In this document: positions 13,781-27,028 of the stretch, piece after piece
Layout of the letters: each line of letters opens with the position of its first letter
Position numbering within the stretch: position 1 is the stretch's first letter
Origin: Hydrolagus affinis
Taxonomy: Eukaryota
Length of the DNA stretch: 64,000 bases
Direction: 5' to 3'
Assembly (NCBI GenBank): GCA_012026655.1
Contig: JAAILG010000840.1
Span: 1 to 64,000 of the forward strand
Made by a program: the position numbers and the translations under genes
Notes under the pieces: generated by a model
Told to the model about the DNA's origin: nothing
Seen by the model: only the letters and a program-made list of their open reading frames with translations
Databases searched by the model: none

Positions 13781-16700
13781 GAAGAAATAAGAAAAAATCG
13801 ATTTGCAAAAGACTTTCCGTAACAACAGGTAAGAGGTTAAGTGCTCCAAGACACTGCCTCGCATGAAGGGTGACATACAAACGCAAGTTGTTGTTGTTTT
13901 TGCTGCCTGAACAGCGCCAAGAATTAAGAATACACCAAGTGAAGAATAACACTGCAGGACTTGAGCTTCAAACCAATATTAAAGTATCAATTTTTTTTGC
14001 CTATAAAATACGCAGTCATTTCACTTTACAGTGAATCTTGTGAAGTGCTTTGAGATGTCCTCTTGATGTGAAAGGTACTATTTCAAATGCGAGGATTATT
14101 TTTACTTGCCCAATACTTGCCAATGTCTATTCCAGTAAAGGTATTCAACCTGTCTGTGTCACTGTTTATGCCTCTATTTGCTGGCATTTCTTTACTTGGG
14201 GAAATTTGTCGACCGCTCACAGAATAGCAATTCCTTCTTTCAAGTAACATATCAAAACGTTGTAACTTTTGAAAATTCGGCGGAAAGATTATTTGGATCG
14301 TAAATAACAGGAACAAAGACAGCTGAACTAAAATGTGGGTCGCTAATAAAAATAGGTTAACAAAGAATTTGCCTCGTACAACTGCATGAACCCCACTGCA
14401 GTGAACACTGCAGTGTTCACACCACCAAACCAGCAATCCTGAAGGATATATATATCCTTAAACTGATATTGTCCCCCTTACCGTTCACACTGCAAACCGA
14501 TTACCATACACACCCGCAGATTCAGAATAAAATGATCAGCGTGAACCCATGTTATAAGGAATATGAATCTGCTATGATAACTATATGCCTAATTAATGCC
14601 TCTGATAGCTGGCAAAGCTTCTCAATTTCCACTTAGAAATTTTCCTCTTTGGGATAGGAATAGCTACACCAGCACATTTACTGTGCATCCTCTGTTCTGC
14701 AGCTAACTCTAGTAAGAACTGTGTGCTTATCTTCATATTCCTCTTTGCAAATATTATACTGAGCCGAAACATAGCATTAAACTAAAGTGTTAGTATTGAT
14801 GCTAGGGATATTGTTTTGACTTACAATAAGTTGACTGTTAAACATACACAGTTCATATTAGTGTGTTAACGCTGTCAGATGAGATAAACTTGAAAATATT
14901 GTTTATGTATCAGAAAATGAGAGGCAGGCAAAGTATATTGCCATCCAGTTGGTGTCTGACATCCCATTCATGAATTATTTATTAAGATTTGGAACTTCTG
15001 TTGTATCAAGGGATTCTAATAGGAAATTAGCTGATATTAATATTTTAATCACTATTGCTGCGTTTACATCAATTGTGTAGAGAGTAGTTGCTTGGTACAG
15101 ATCTGTGCGAGGTGGAATCATAAATGCACATACACACTCAAGTATCAACAAGAGACACTTGAGATGCTCGCAATTTGTCACTCTATAATATTTTAATGAT
15201 ATATATGCGGGAAATTCTGCCTCAATTCCAGTTGCCTTATCCAGCAGATTTAAGGTGCGCAGACAGCCCAGTGGTGAAAGAAATAACACAGAATATTGGG
15301 AGTACAAACTGATGACACCATGAGTTCACAAACACAATGGGAGCCCAAGGATGAAGATGAAAATTTACTGCAAAATAATCTCGACAATAAATTCTGAGGG
15401 ACGCAATTTTCAGATAAAAGGGAATCGAGTCTAAGTACACAATTAAATTTTACCCATCAATATTAGGTCCGTAAGCATAATTGGAGCATAATTCAATAAA
15501 ACATGAAAATAATAAACCTCTAAAATCTTGTAAAATAAGAAGCAAATGCACCATTATTTGAACATAAAAGGTAGATATGTATCAATATAGAACTCAGTAA
15601 AAATTTTAAAAAGCAAAAAAGCAGAATTATTTAGTAATTTGAATCCCAGTTGATCGTTTTGTTTTCATTTAATATGTTTGGTGAAATTGGATATTTGACA
15701 GTCACAAGTTTTTACAGTTCCCTATAGTCAATTGAGGTAAGGTTAACTGCACAACTATCTAACCATCACTACTAGTGTGTTCTCTGTTTTTGCATCATCC
15801 CTGAGCAATCAGGCATATTATACCAGCAGGATAATGAAGTCTTTTTAAGATTCACTCAGTAAGACAGTGGACTGGCAAGACAGGGAGAGGGGAATAACAC
15901 TAACAGCAGCATGATTGAGTAAAGGGAATGCCTAATCCACTGTGGAGGGTTGGAATTGCCACCTTCTTTTTTAAAAAAATCCTTAAACGCGGACATCTGG
16001 TAAGACTGTTGCTGCTTTTGTGACTTCTGGCTTGTGCTCTCCAGAGACTGGTGACAGCTGTGAATGTCAATTTGGTGACACATTCTTCCAAGTGATCAGA
16101 CAGCACAGTAGCTGGTCTTGGGGAGTAACAAAGGTGAGTAATTTGAGTTGCACTCAAGTAGTCATTGGTTGGCATTGATGCCAATTCCAGATTCGACCAG
16201 AGGAGGAACAAAACGGGTGAGTTATAGTCAGAATAGCCGATGTCCCGCCTCAGGCAGCAGTAAATCACAGCCCTCAATTATATAAATCATGCACAGACAC
16301 AGCTGGCAGTAACCTAACATTTTAACTTCACATGTGACGGTTGTGTAATCATTTCAGGATTAGCTGTGGGGTATGTGGACTTTTGGAAATGCATAGCTAG
16401 TTCATTTCTGCCTTCATTTCTAAGCGCTTTGAGACGCCGTCCGGCATGGAGGGCGCTATATAACTCCGAGTTGTTGTTAACATTTTGCACTTCTCAGGCT
16501 GAGAACCTCTTAGGGGGATGGATCATGGCTTTAACAGGTACCTGCATCGGCAATGCCCTTACAATTGGTATTTGAGCAAATCGAACATCCGTAAAGAGTA
16601 ACGACAAATAAATGAAACACCTACTGTATTGCCATACTGATCAACCTTAAACTCATAAGACCCTCACAGGGCACTGAACCGGCTCGAAAAATAGGTTGAT

Positions 16701-18361
16701 GTTATTTTGAGCTGACCATCGCTAAAGAAACACTTCTGTGCATGCCGCAAAAGTGAAAGGGGATGTCAAAACCTGAACTGAAATTGAATCTAACTTAGCA
16801 GAACAATTACATCAGGCTGACTGTGTACTTTAACAGAAATGAAGAATATTCGTAACAGTTTCCAGATCTTTCCATTCTGTACTTTCTCCCTGAGCTGTTC
16901 AGCCTTCCAATGACAGAAGAAAAAGTCTCTAAATCCCGAAGGGAAATGAACTGAATATGTTCAATGGGTGTAAAATTACAGATAAGTCATGCACCTGTAA
17001 CAGGAGGTATCTTGGATCAGAAAATAATGTTTGCGTTCACGTACACAAATCATATCATCATATTGCCAATGTTAATGGTGATCCACTCACTCCTTTGTTG
17101 TTTAACTCTATATGCAGATTTTTTTTTCCATTCAGGTTCTTGCTTTCGCTGCCTGTTCCCTATTTGTTAGTCATTATCTGCTATTTTTCTTTTTTCTACA
17201 TAGAGTTGCACAGAATGATATGGCACAGGATAGAGCCATGTAGCCCAATTGTTCTGTACCAGTGTTTATACTCTACCTCTCCTATTGCCCTCTCCCATAC
17301 CCCTCATTTCCCTTCTTCCTCGTGTACCATCAATATTTGCGTTTGCCTACAAATAAATAGTCACCCCACAATAATATCTGTGAAGAGCTTTGAGACACCT
17401 CGACATATCGACAACGTGGTAAGGCGCCATACAAAAAAGTCACAACCTATTACACAACTGTGTGCTTGATTTATGAAATCTATGTCAATTCATCACCAAT
17501 ATAAAAACCCATGAGTTGTGATTTTTGATGGCAACTGCCAATAGCTTTCAGTTGCATGATCTAATCGACGTTTAATTGCATCTGCAATTTTCCAATTATC
17601 TCCAACATTAATTTTAGCTGGATTTTTTATATACAAAAAAGCGAGTTGATTGCATGATATTCTATGTGAGAGCATAACCTCAAGGGTAACAGTGTCTCAT
17701 CTACAATACGGTTCGAGTAATATAGTATTCAGTGACAACCATTACAATGCAGATCAGAGGGAGAAAAAAAAATGAACACCGAAATTCTGTTTCACTCATT
17801 ACTTGCTAATTTGTGCAGTTTATCAGCAGCTACTTCAGAACATAGTATTGAATAGTGTCTTCGGATCCCAGTCATCATTTCTACTGTCACTGTGATTGAC
17901 AGGACACCCTCCGTCATCCAAATCCTTGGCATGAAATGCTGAACAGATAAATGCTTTTCAAAATGCAAACGTGAACTGAGAAAGCACTGCAATTTTCAGC
18001 ACTTTGCTAAAAAATCAAAGTAGCGTATTATTAAAATTTGCATCTTACGGCCATTACAGCTTCATCAACTTGTCATCACACTAGCCACTATGAGCAGGAT
18101 TATATAACTCAACACATTTGATTTGGTCATTCAGATTCCTCTTCTATAGACCATTGGTATCATTGTTGTATTAACCAAAACTTACACTGAACTACAGCAC
18201 AGGGCTGGTCATCGTGTATTGACCGAAAATAAAATCTGGATAACTTTGTTTCATTCACCCGGAGAGCATCACATTGATATGTAGTTAATCAGAAAATTAT
18301 ATATTTCGGGGAGAGAGAGAGAGTGCTTTAGAAATATATTTTTCTCTTACCATATCCTAGT

Positions 18362-18692
18362 TAATAATCCTTGCATTTGATATAGCGCTTTCCACATCTT
18401 ATCAACGTCCCAAAGCGCTTCACAGAATATACTGTAAAGTGAATTGACTGTGTATATTTGTGGGAGAGTCGCGGCAGCCAATTGCACACAGCAGTGTCCC
18501 ACACACAGTCGTGGATTGAAATGACCAATTTTTTATTATTGTGTTTTTTTGGAGGGATTATTATTAGGGGTGTGGAGTAAGGAAACTTGCCTAAGGTTTC
18601 GCCCTGACCTGCCTGGATTCGAACACAGGTCTCCCCAGCTTGGTTTCCCCAGCTTGCAAGACAAGTGCTCTAACCACTAAGCCACAGGAGCA
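18362..18692 (-). mobile_element. Full-length tRNA-derived SINE
   Basis: Tail at 18362, body, then head gctctaaccactaagccacagga at about 18667-18690. A second tail follows at 18722-18775. Confidence 0.88.
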
Positions 18693-20294
18693 CCACAAGG
18701 TATCATAGTTGTCAAGGCATCATAGTAATAATCTTTGCATTTGATATAGCGCCCTGTCACGTCTTCGAGACGTAATACGTTGTGGAACTTAGCTCCAAAA
18801 ATGGCACACAAGTTGCTGCTTAAAGGCATCTTTGCATCAGTGCTCCTTGGATCTTCCCTCCTTCTGTCTCTGATCTTGAACTCTCGTCCCCACTGAAATG
18901 GCCAAGCTGAGATTGGGAATTCAAAGGCACAGTCTGTGCAGAGTGAGTTGCTATTCCAGTGAACTACACTACAATTGTGCTTATTAAAAGACACTCTTTT
19001 AAAAAAAATGTATTCAATATTCAATTGATGGTTTCAATAATCAACGCAACATTTAGCAGCTACCTAGTTAACTTGGCGTACATGAATTGCTTCACTTGAA
19101 TTGTAATAAGGAACAAAGCAGCAGACAATAAGCAGCATCCTAGCAAAAGTCTTTACCAATTTACCCTTTATTATTGAACTGGTTCACAAATAAACAGCTG
19201 TTGAAAATGTCAAATGTTAATGAGGCAGGGCAATGCAATAGTAAATTGTAGCCATTTTTTCACTGCTGTGAGTACTTGGGTACAGACAAGCTTGTATAAT
19301 AATAATCCCATCTTGCAATTCTCTAACCACTCTGCAGACTAAAGTGCATCAGCCTGCCATTAATCCCACTTATCACACTGACAGTTAGGTAATTATACTA
19401 CTGCTGTACCTAGGTAGTCCTATTGAAATATCAGCTGCTGTTAAGGAATGCATGCCGGGTAGGTTTTATTAAGCTCTTGTGGTTGATGAACATCAAGTGA
19501 CGTTAGTGCTGACCTATTTTTTTATTTGACAATAAATTATCCTATGGCCAAACTGTAATTCATATTATAAAATTAAATTATAAAGTAACAAAGGTGTCTC
19601 ACTATTTCCAATTTTAAATGTTGAAAGCAGGTGAAAATTAAAAAGCACAGGGTATTTCAGAATGTAGTCAGGCTGTCTTTTCAAGGAGAAAACAAGTCCT
19701 GTTTACCAATGTAATCTTCGTTCTGTGAACAGTAGTCTCCGCCATACACTACGGATTCTTTGTGTCGGAATTAAAATTAAAAGATCTTTGAGCCTTTCTC
19801 ACGGAGGCTGAAGAGGGTTGGTTTTTCTGGTGGGGATATGGGTGGAGTGGGGGTGGAAAGTGGGGTGGGTGGGGTAATGGCAAGGAAATGCACACATTGC
19901 AACCCAACAGGTAACAATCATGTTCAGGTACATGAGGAGATCTACCAATGATCTCTATTCCACCTTATAAAGCTGATGAGTTTGACAGCATGTCCTTGAA
20001 AGAGGATAGGCTACCAATGTACCCTTAAAATCACAGAACGTTTACAGCACAGGGTACCGTTACTCAGACTCACTCTCCATCAAGAAGCTAAAAGAAGTCT
20101 CTCATATCTCCTTCCTGTAGTCTGTTGTCACAAGTTAATTATTTAGAGAATCAGATGTACAGGATAGATATCAGGTACAGCTGGACAACCCTCATTGGCC
20201 TTCTTAAAGATTTTGTTGGTCAAGGCCAAAGAGCAGGCATTTAGTAAGGAATATTTTGCTTGGCCTCCTAGGTCCATTTATGCACATTGAAGGT

Positions 20295-20418
20295 CCACAA
20301 AATATACAAGTCAATATATTCTGCATACTGTATATTGCAATATATTCTGTGAAGAGCTTTGAGATGTCTCGAAGGCACGAATAAGGCGTTATATCAAATG
20401 CAAGGATTATTATTATTA
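20295..20418 (+). mobile_element. SINE 3' fragment
   Basis: ctgtgaagagctttgagatgtc...atcaaatgcaaggattattatt. Confidence 0.75.
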
Positions 20419-20585
20419 CAGTATCATCTTGTGCCCAAACACAACCTCCTATTTCCATCTAAGAATTTTAAAAAAAGGAATAAAGCAACGAAAAAAGAAA
20501 GAAACAAGATACACTGTGCTGTAAATATATCTGATAGGCCAAAATTGCAATGGTTGATTGAAAATTGTACCATGTATTTTCTCAA

Positions 20586-21541
20586 TACACAGTCAAAATT
20601 AAGGAATCTCATATGTCAGCTAAACAAATACATTAATATTCCTGGCTTCGAGTGCAAGCAATGTTTGAAATGTTAAAAATGTAAATAAATAGAAATCCCA
20701 ATAGGTTCTTGGAAATTTACATTATAATACTGTACATCAGTGCATTCTATTATAAAATATTTGTACATATTAAATGCCTGTATTCTTATAAACAAACAGC
20801 AAGAACACAGAATTGCTGTTAGTTAAATAAAGGCAAAATATGTTAAACCAATTTTCTCTTCCTAAATATCTTGATGTTTCTATGAACAGCCATTGTGCTA
20901 CATCATGAATTGCATTCTTTCACATTTAACTGGACTTGAGGGAAATAGAATAGACATTCTTGTTCCTGAATCTCCAACTTTCTACTTGAATTTGCCTGAA
21001 TTTGTATTAACGTACTAATGATAATATAATTATTCCTTCTGCTGTGCATCAACCGGAAAATTCCACATTCGCAATAAAAAGAACACTGCATTCCCAACTA
21101 ACCTTCATAGGAGATGACTGTGAGGACAACATGGATGTTTCAAATGTCTTTATGAAGCAGCAATGATTTTGGTGACTGTGCATAACAACTGTAATTGCAA
21201 TCTAATGCAAAGACGTATTTAATCTCTGATTAAGTATACAGTGCAGGACAGCTTTATACAGTTGATTGATATTATACAGTTGTATATTGCTTTAAGGAGC
21301 TAAGTGGCAATTGTCTATGGATGATGCAAGGATAAAAGGATTCTGGGAAAGTTACCGGCCAGATTTAAAAGAGGTTGATTTGTAAAATTGGAATTAAAGA
21401 ACTGAGTGAATCTACATTATGTTTTTGGATTAAATAACATTAAATATACTTTTTTTATTACACTGTAAGAATTAAGGGCTTTCGTATGTCAGCTAAAAAT
21501 ACACATTAGTATTCCTGTTTTCGATTGCAAATAACACTGAA
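20586..21541 (+). repeat. Diverged ~83-bp direct repeat pair (20586-20669 and 21459-21541)
   Basis: Shared blocks aattaagg, tatgtcagctaaa, acatta, tattcctg, ttcga and tgcaa in the same order. Confidence 0.8.
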
Positions 21542-22218
21542 GGTAGTTTATGATCCGTTCTCTATCCAGGCACCCATTTATCTCTTTGCCCAGCATTGCA
21601 AGTGCTTAACAAATGCCAACAAAGGAAAATGCAGACACAAAAGGAATCTAATTTGTTCAAAAATTGCTCTAGGTCACAGTGATTTACACTGCTACACACT
21701 GCACTGCTTACAAATAAACTTTACTTTTGTTGCGTGAAGCTTTATGTCATTTGCGACTCCAAAACATCCGTGGATCGAATAATGTAAATTAAAAAAATTT
21801 GATATCAAAATAATCATTTTAGATTTGTTTTAGGAATAGTCAGGAATGTCAAGAGCATTTGGAGGAAACCATACGACTCCTCTATTTGAATGTAGTCGTT
21901 CCTTTTATGAATTGATGTAAATCAGGTTGTAGAGTTCGGACAACACAACTAGCTTGTTTTTATGCATCATATAGGGATGTAATTTAAACTCCAATGTTAA
22001 TTTTTAAAAAGCAACAATACATTAAGCGTAATTTAAACAATACCATTGTCACAACTGACCAAAATAAATGTCAGACATCTTCTGAATGACAATCAGATTC
22101 ATTGCTCATTCAGAACTATTTCTGTGTTAATTTGGCAATGCTCCCTCCATATTGTAATCTCACACGATTCACAGGTACAAATGAGCAACACCGTTTAACT
22201 CAACGAACACCGAAAGTC

Positions 22219-22346
22219 AAAAGCGCAAAACACTGCAGATGCTGGAAATCTGAAACAAAACAGAAATGTCTGGGAACACTCAGCAGGTCAGGCAGCATCT
22301 ATGGAGAAAGGAAAAGTGAGTCAACGTTTCGGTTCCACGACCCTTT
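22219..22346. mobile_element. Penelope-like element terminal fragment (type abundant in cartilaginous fishes)
   Basis: ctgcagatgctggaaatctgaaacaaaacagaaatg...ctcagcaggtcaggcagcatctatggag...aacgtttcgg. A second copy lies at 60142-60269. Family assignment is from recall, not a search. Confidence 0.6.
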
Positions 22347-22779
22347 GTATGGATAAGAAAATCATGTGGTCAAGATCGGATACTGAGCATTAAACTGATC
22401 TGAGGGTAGATAGCCTGCTTTGGAAACGCCCTCTGGGGATAATAGTGCAACTTGCCATGCTATTTCTTGCTTCTTCCATTTATCAATGGAAATAATGTAT
22501 TTTCTGCGTTGAACTGAGGGGTGAGTGTATGCTGGTGTGCTCAGCTCACTCTGAAGATGTGGCAATACAATCAGAAAAAATAATCCTTGTATTTCACGGG
22601 GAAATTTGGAAGTATTTACTAAGTATAAGTATTGATAAGTAGTTACTCTGTATTTAAATGCAAAAACCCAACAGTCGATTTACGTGCAGAAATTTCCTAC
22701 AAAATCTCCAAGAACTGATTTACCTGGAAGATTATTAGTTAGAGCATAGAGGAAAACTTTCCTTCACTTTACAAATATT

Positions 22780-22900
22780 TGATATCCGCCTAATAAATTG
22801 ATGGAAACGTTCAATTTCAAGTTATCAAAAGGATGATACCTCTGACAATGCAGCACAACCGCAGAACTGCACTGCAGTATGACAGATTATAAGCACAGTG
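22780..22900 (-). mobile_element. Ancient DeuSINE (SacSINE1/AmnSINE1-like) remnant
   Basis: acctctgacaatgcagcacaaccgcagaactgcactgcagt resembles the reverse complement of the Deu core. Confidence 0.5.
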
Positions 22901-24455
22901 TCCCATTAGGGGTCGCAAGAAGGCTACTTAATTGATTCATGTGAAAGAGAACCTATTTTGGTGAAATATTTTGTGTCATGGGCACAGTATTTCCCTGTAT
23001 CAGGAGCCAACTTATTGACTGACAGTTTGATAAACCTGCTGGTAGCACAATTTGAGTTCAGAGACAGGAAATGTACATAGGATGGCAACATTTTGTCTGT
23101 ATCGAAACGACAATGATGGATAGTTTCTGTAGCTAAAGGGGAATGAACTTTCCTTTATTAAAGAAAAGTGTAATTAAGGGTTTCAGTAAGTTAACGGACA
23201 GAGATAAGTGGACCATGATTAGAGGTTCCTTTCCCCCATTGATCTGTGTGATGCGTGTTAAAAAGGTCAGATTGGAGTGCAGATACAGTATTTACTGTAA
23301 TTTGTTAGAATGGCCTTTTCTTGTTCCATGTTGATGTAATTACAACAGTAACGCTATAACAATCAGGTACATAGCAGGTGAACTGTTATTTGGGGGAAAT
23401 CTACCACCCGTTTTTATAGGTTTCAAATTGAAGCTTTCTTTCTCATAAATCCACAAAAGAAACCAACTCTCCTCATAAAGACAATTTCCAGGGGGGCCAC
23501 ATTTTGCCTTCATGTGCTGGGTGTACGTGAGCTACCTGGGGGTATTTGATGATTTATTATAATATGTATAATAACTCATTAAGTATCCTTGATTAAATAT
23601 AAAATAAACTATTTAAGCTTATGATGCAAATTTGTATTATGAACACATTAATCCTTCAATTGAAATCCCAAATACATCACACATGCCTATTTACTTTTAC
23701 ATACCATCTCTTAGTTATCTAAGTAGATTGACTAACAACAAAACCTTTCTGCTCAGTAGCACATTCCCTTGAATTACTGTATTTTGTGACTGCAGCATCT
23801 GAGCAGATTACATCATTTCTCAGGTTTTTGTAACTAAGACAAGCAAAAGATCCTTGACCTTTTGGCATATATCCCTACGAAAGCAGTCAGGGTCTAATTG
23901 AACCTGTCTGCTTTGTTAAAGGTTATTAGATTTATCAGGAGAATTTCTTTCATCCAAAAAGGTACTCTGGGGAAGGGAAAATTTCCACATATACTGCTCT
24001 GAAAGTAATCAAGTGAGATGAATGGCTTGCTATAGCAAACCAAGTCGTCATTACATTTCACCCTCACTGACGCCTAAGGCTCGCATTCCATCTGCTGACC
24101 CCAGCAGTTGCGGTTTAACCACACCAAGCCTACAATGGCCCGGCAGGTTTGTATTTCAGGTTCACTATGTTACTTACCACAACCATGATCTCCTATCAAA
24201 TATGAGACAGCTGTTACATGTTTGATATCCCTTTGATCCGTGTACACCTTAGAGACAATTCACAACAGCTTTCCTAACACAACCTAATCTTGTGTCAGAT
24301 CATCATTTGTTCGTCTTGCAATTAAAGTTGTTTATCTCTCTATTGCACCTGATTTGCAGCGTGTTAGCTTAACGTTTTGGACTTTTTGATATTTGAAATT
24401 GCATATAATCTTTAGTAGACTTGCCCAACATTTATAAAGATTTAGTTAAGCATTA

Positions 24456-24528
24456 CCCCACCACATCCACCGTCCACCACCCCCCCCACCCCCCCCACAC
24501 CCCCACCCCCACACCCCCACCCACCTCC
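24456..24528 (-). repeat. G-rich low-complexity tract on the DPYD sense strand (potential G-quadruplex)
   Basis: Repeated C4-C8 runs separated by a or aca on the + strand. Confidence 0.7.
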
Positions 24529-25171
24529 AATCAAAAATGACAATAAATATATAAAATATAAGCGAGGTTCTAAATTGTATGCTGAAAACATAAGACTCAA
24601 ATCAGGAAAACAACAACAACAAATTGCATTTATATTACACATCAGGAGGACATATGATATACAACCATATTACACAAACAAATTATTTTTCCGTGTTAAT
24701 GTTTATTAAAACAAAGTTTCGTTAATCTGACGTTTCTTTGAAACCACAGTTCCTAGTCAACCTTTACTAGTCAAATAATCATCGTAACATACGGATATAT
24801 TTTTGATATATGGATATATTTCTGATCAGTACAGCATGGAAACAGGCCATTTGGCCCAAATAGTTTGTGCCAGTGTTTAAACAAGCCTCCAATAATTAAG
24901 AATCTTTTATACTATGAAGAGTATGATAATGTGGATTTTAGGTCATGAAGCACTAATCACAATGAAGTCCTCCTGACATGAAAGGCACTATACAAATGTA
25001 ATTTTTGTTGTTGTTATTGTTTAGACCGTTTTATATATATTCAGTACATGGATTGAGTTACCAGCCTGAAACAAAAATTAGCATGTATGCATTTCACACC
25101 TTTGTCTCTTTTGAGGCTGTGATACTGGAGTAATTAATTAAGGGGGTACTAACCCTTTTAAAAAAATGTAT

Positions 25172-25331
25172 TCACTCAATGCACAACTGTTTGCGGGACA
25201 CTGCTGTGCGCAATTGGCTACTGCGTTTCGCCCGCAAAATACTCAGTCACTACACTTTACAGTATAATCTGTAAAATGCTTTGAGATATCTGATAAACCG
25301 CTATATAAAATGCAAGGATTATTATTATTAT
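25172..25331 (+). mobile_element. SINE 3' module
   Basis: Body and tail match the other copies. Confidence 0.8.
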
Positions 25332-25460
25332 AGAGATTCATCCTGTACCAGAAATTAAAGAAAATTGACAAAACTCTGAAAGAAACTGCCCCACCCATAT
25401 GGCTGTCCTGATACAAGAAGTGAGCAGCTGAAAGGGAACCGTTGGCCAATCATTTAATCA

Positions 25461-25990
25461 ATAGAATCATAGAAATATACAGCACAGAAGGAGGCCATTC
25501 GGCCCATTGTGTCTGTGCCGGCTCTTTGAAAAGAAGTGTCCAAATCAATCCCACTCCCCCACTCTCCCCATAGCCATGCAAACCTGTCCTATCTAACTAT
25601 CTACTTCTCTCTTAAAAGGCATTGTATTCCAGATCCGAACGATTTGCTCCATGAAAATATTTCTCCTCACCTCCCCTCTGTTTTTTTTTTATCAACTATT
25701 TTAAATCGGTGTCCTCAGGTTACTGACCCACTACCCAATAGAAATAATTTCTCCTCGATCACCCTATCGAATCCCCTGATAATTTTGAAAACTTCTATTA
25801 AGTCTCCACTTAACCTTCTTGGCTCCAAGGAGAATGATCCTAAAATTTTCTAGCCTCTCATGATAATTGGAGTCCCTCATTCCTGGTACCGTACTAATAA
25901 ATCTCCTTTGCACCCTCTCCAATGCCTTGACATCCTTCCTAAAGTATGGTGCCCAGAACTGAACACAGTACTCCAGCTGAGGCCTAATCA
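25461..25990 (-). mobile_element. CR1 LINE 3' fragment (ORF2 C-terminus and 3' UTR)
   Basis: Translation RPQLEYCVQFWAPYFRKDVKALERVQRRF is the typical CR1 ORF2 C-terminus. The CR1-type tail reads atagaatcatagaa on +. Frameshifted. Confidence 0.92.
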
Positions 25991-26191
25991 ATCCCAAAAT
26001 AAAAATAATGTTTTTTTTTAATGGAGCTCAGTCAATGGACTGCGTAAAATAATTCTTGCCCAGATTAGAAGAAAGGATTGCAGGATCTGAAGTCAAGTGG
26101 AAACTATGTTTAACCATTGCCTTCTATCATGACCCTAGGAATTAGAGCGTTATGGCCTTTGCCCGCTGTCTATTCAAGGATGTAAAGGATG

Positions 26192-26478
26192 TGGAATCCT
26201 GTAGCTCAGTGGTTAGAGCACTCGCCTTCCAAGCAAGAGACCTGGGTTCAATTCGTGGCTGGGTGAAACCTTAGGCAACTTTCCTCACTCTACACGCCTG
26301 ATAATAATCTCTCAAAAATAAATTGGTCACTTCAATCCACGACTTTGTGAGACACTGCTGTGTGCAATTGGCTGCCGCATTTCACCCACATATACACAAT
26401 TCATTTTGCAGAATATTCTGTGAAGCGCTTTAAGACGTCTAGAAGACATAACAAGACAAATACAAGGATTATTATTTT
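26192..26478 (+). mobile_element. Full-length tRNA-derived SINE
   Basis: gtagctcagtggttagagcactcgccttccaagcaagagacctgggttcaattc, then body and tail. Confidence 0.88.
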
Positions 26479-26784
26479 TAGAATTAAACAAAGTTAGGGA
26501 TTGGATTTGCTTACGTGTAGTAGTAATTGATTCAATTGTATTGAATGTCATGACATTTTGTATTTATACAACGTTTGACTTATTTTTCATGAAATACAGT
26601 ATAGGGTGACCAAAAAGTCATGATATCAACCCTATTATCTAAATCAAATCATTTGTTTAAGGCTTATTATAATGTAATGGTATCACAATTATCTTGTCAC
26701 CATGTACATGCTGAAGCAACTCTACACTTGTGTATTCATCCACTGATATTATGCAGAATTGGTTTAAGTAAATATTGTCAACAC

Positions 26785-27028
26785 AGGTGAAACTTTGGGC
26801 AAGTTTCCTTACTCCACATGCCTGATAATAATCCCTCGAAAACAAAACAATAATACAATTGGTCATTTCAATCCACAACTGTTTGTTGGACCTTCTGTGT
26901 GTAATTTGCTGCTGCATTTCGCTCACAAACATACAGTCAAATCACTTTACAGTATTTTCTCTGAAGCGCTTTGAGATGTCTAGAAGACGTGGAAAGTGCC
27001 ATATTAAATGTAAGGATTATTATTATTC
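26785..27028 (+). mobile_element. 5'-truncated SINE
   Basis: Starts at ggtgaaactttgggcaagtttcc and ends ggattattattatt. Confidence 0.85.

Noticed and set aside
16957-17469. 170-aa ORF
   Set aside because: It runs through T-rich sequence, a CR1 tail remnant and a SINE fragment; the composition is not protein-like.
26192-26270. Functional tRNA genes at the SINE heads (also 3141, 30725, 48165, 49870, 63380)
   Set aside because: There is no acceptor-stem pairing, the anticodon position varies between copies, and most run straight into the SINE body.
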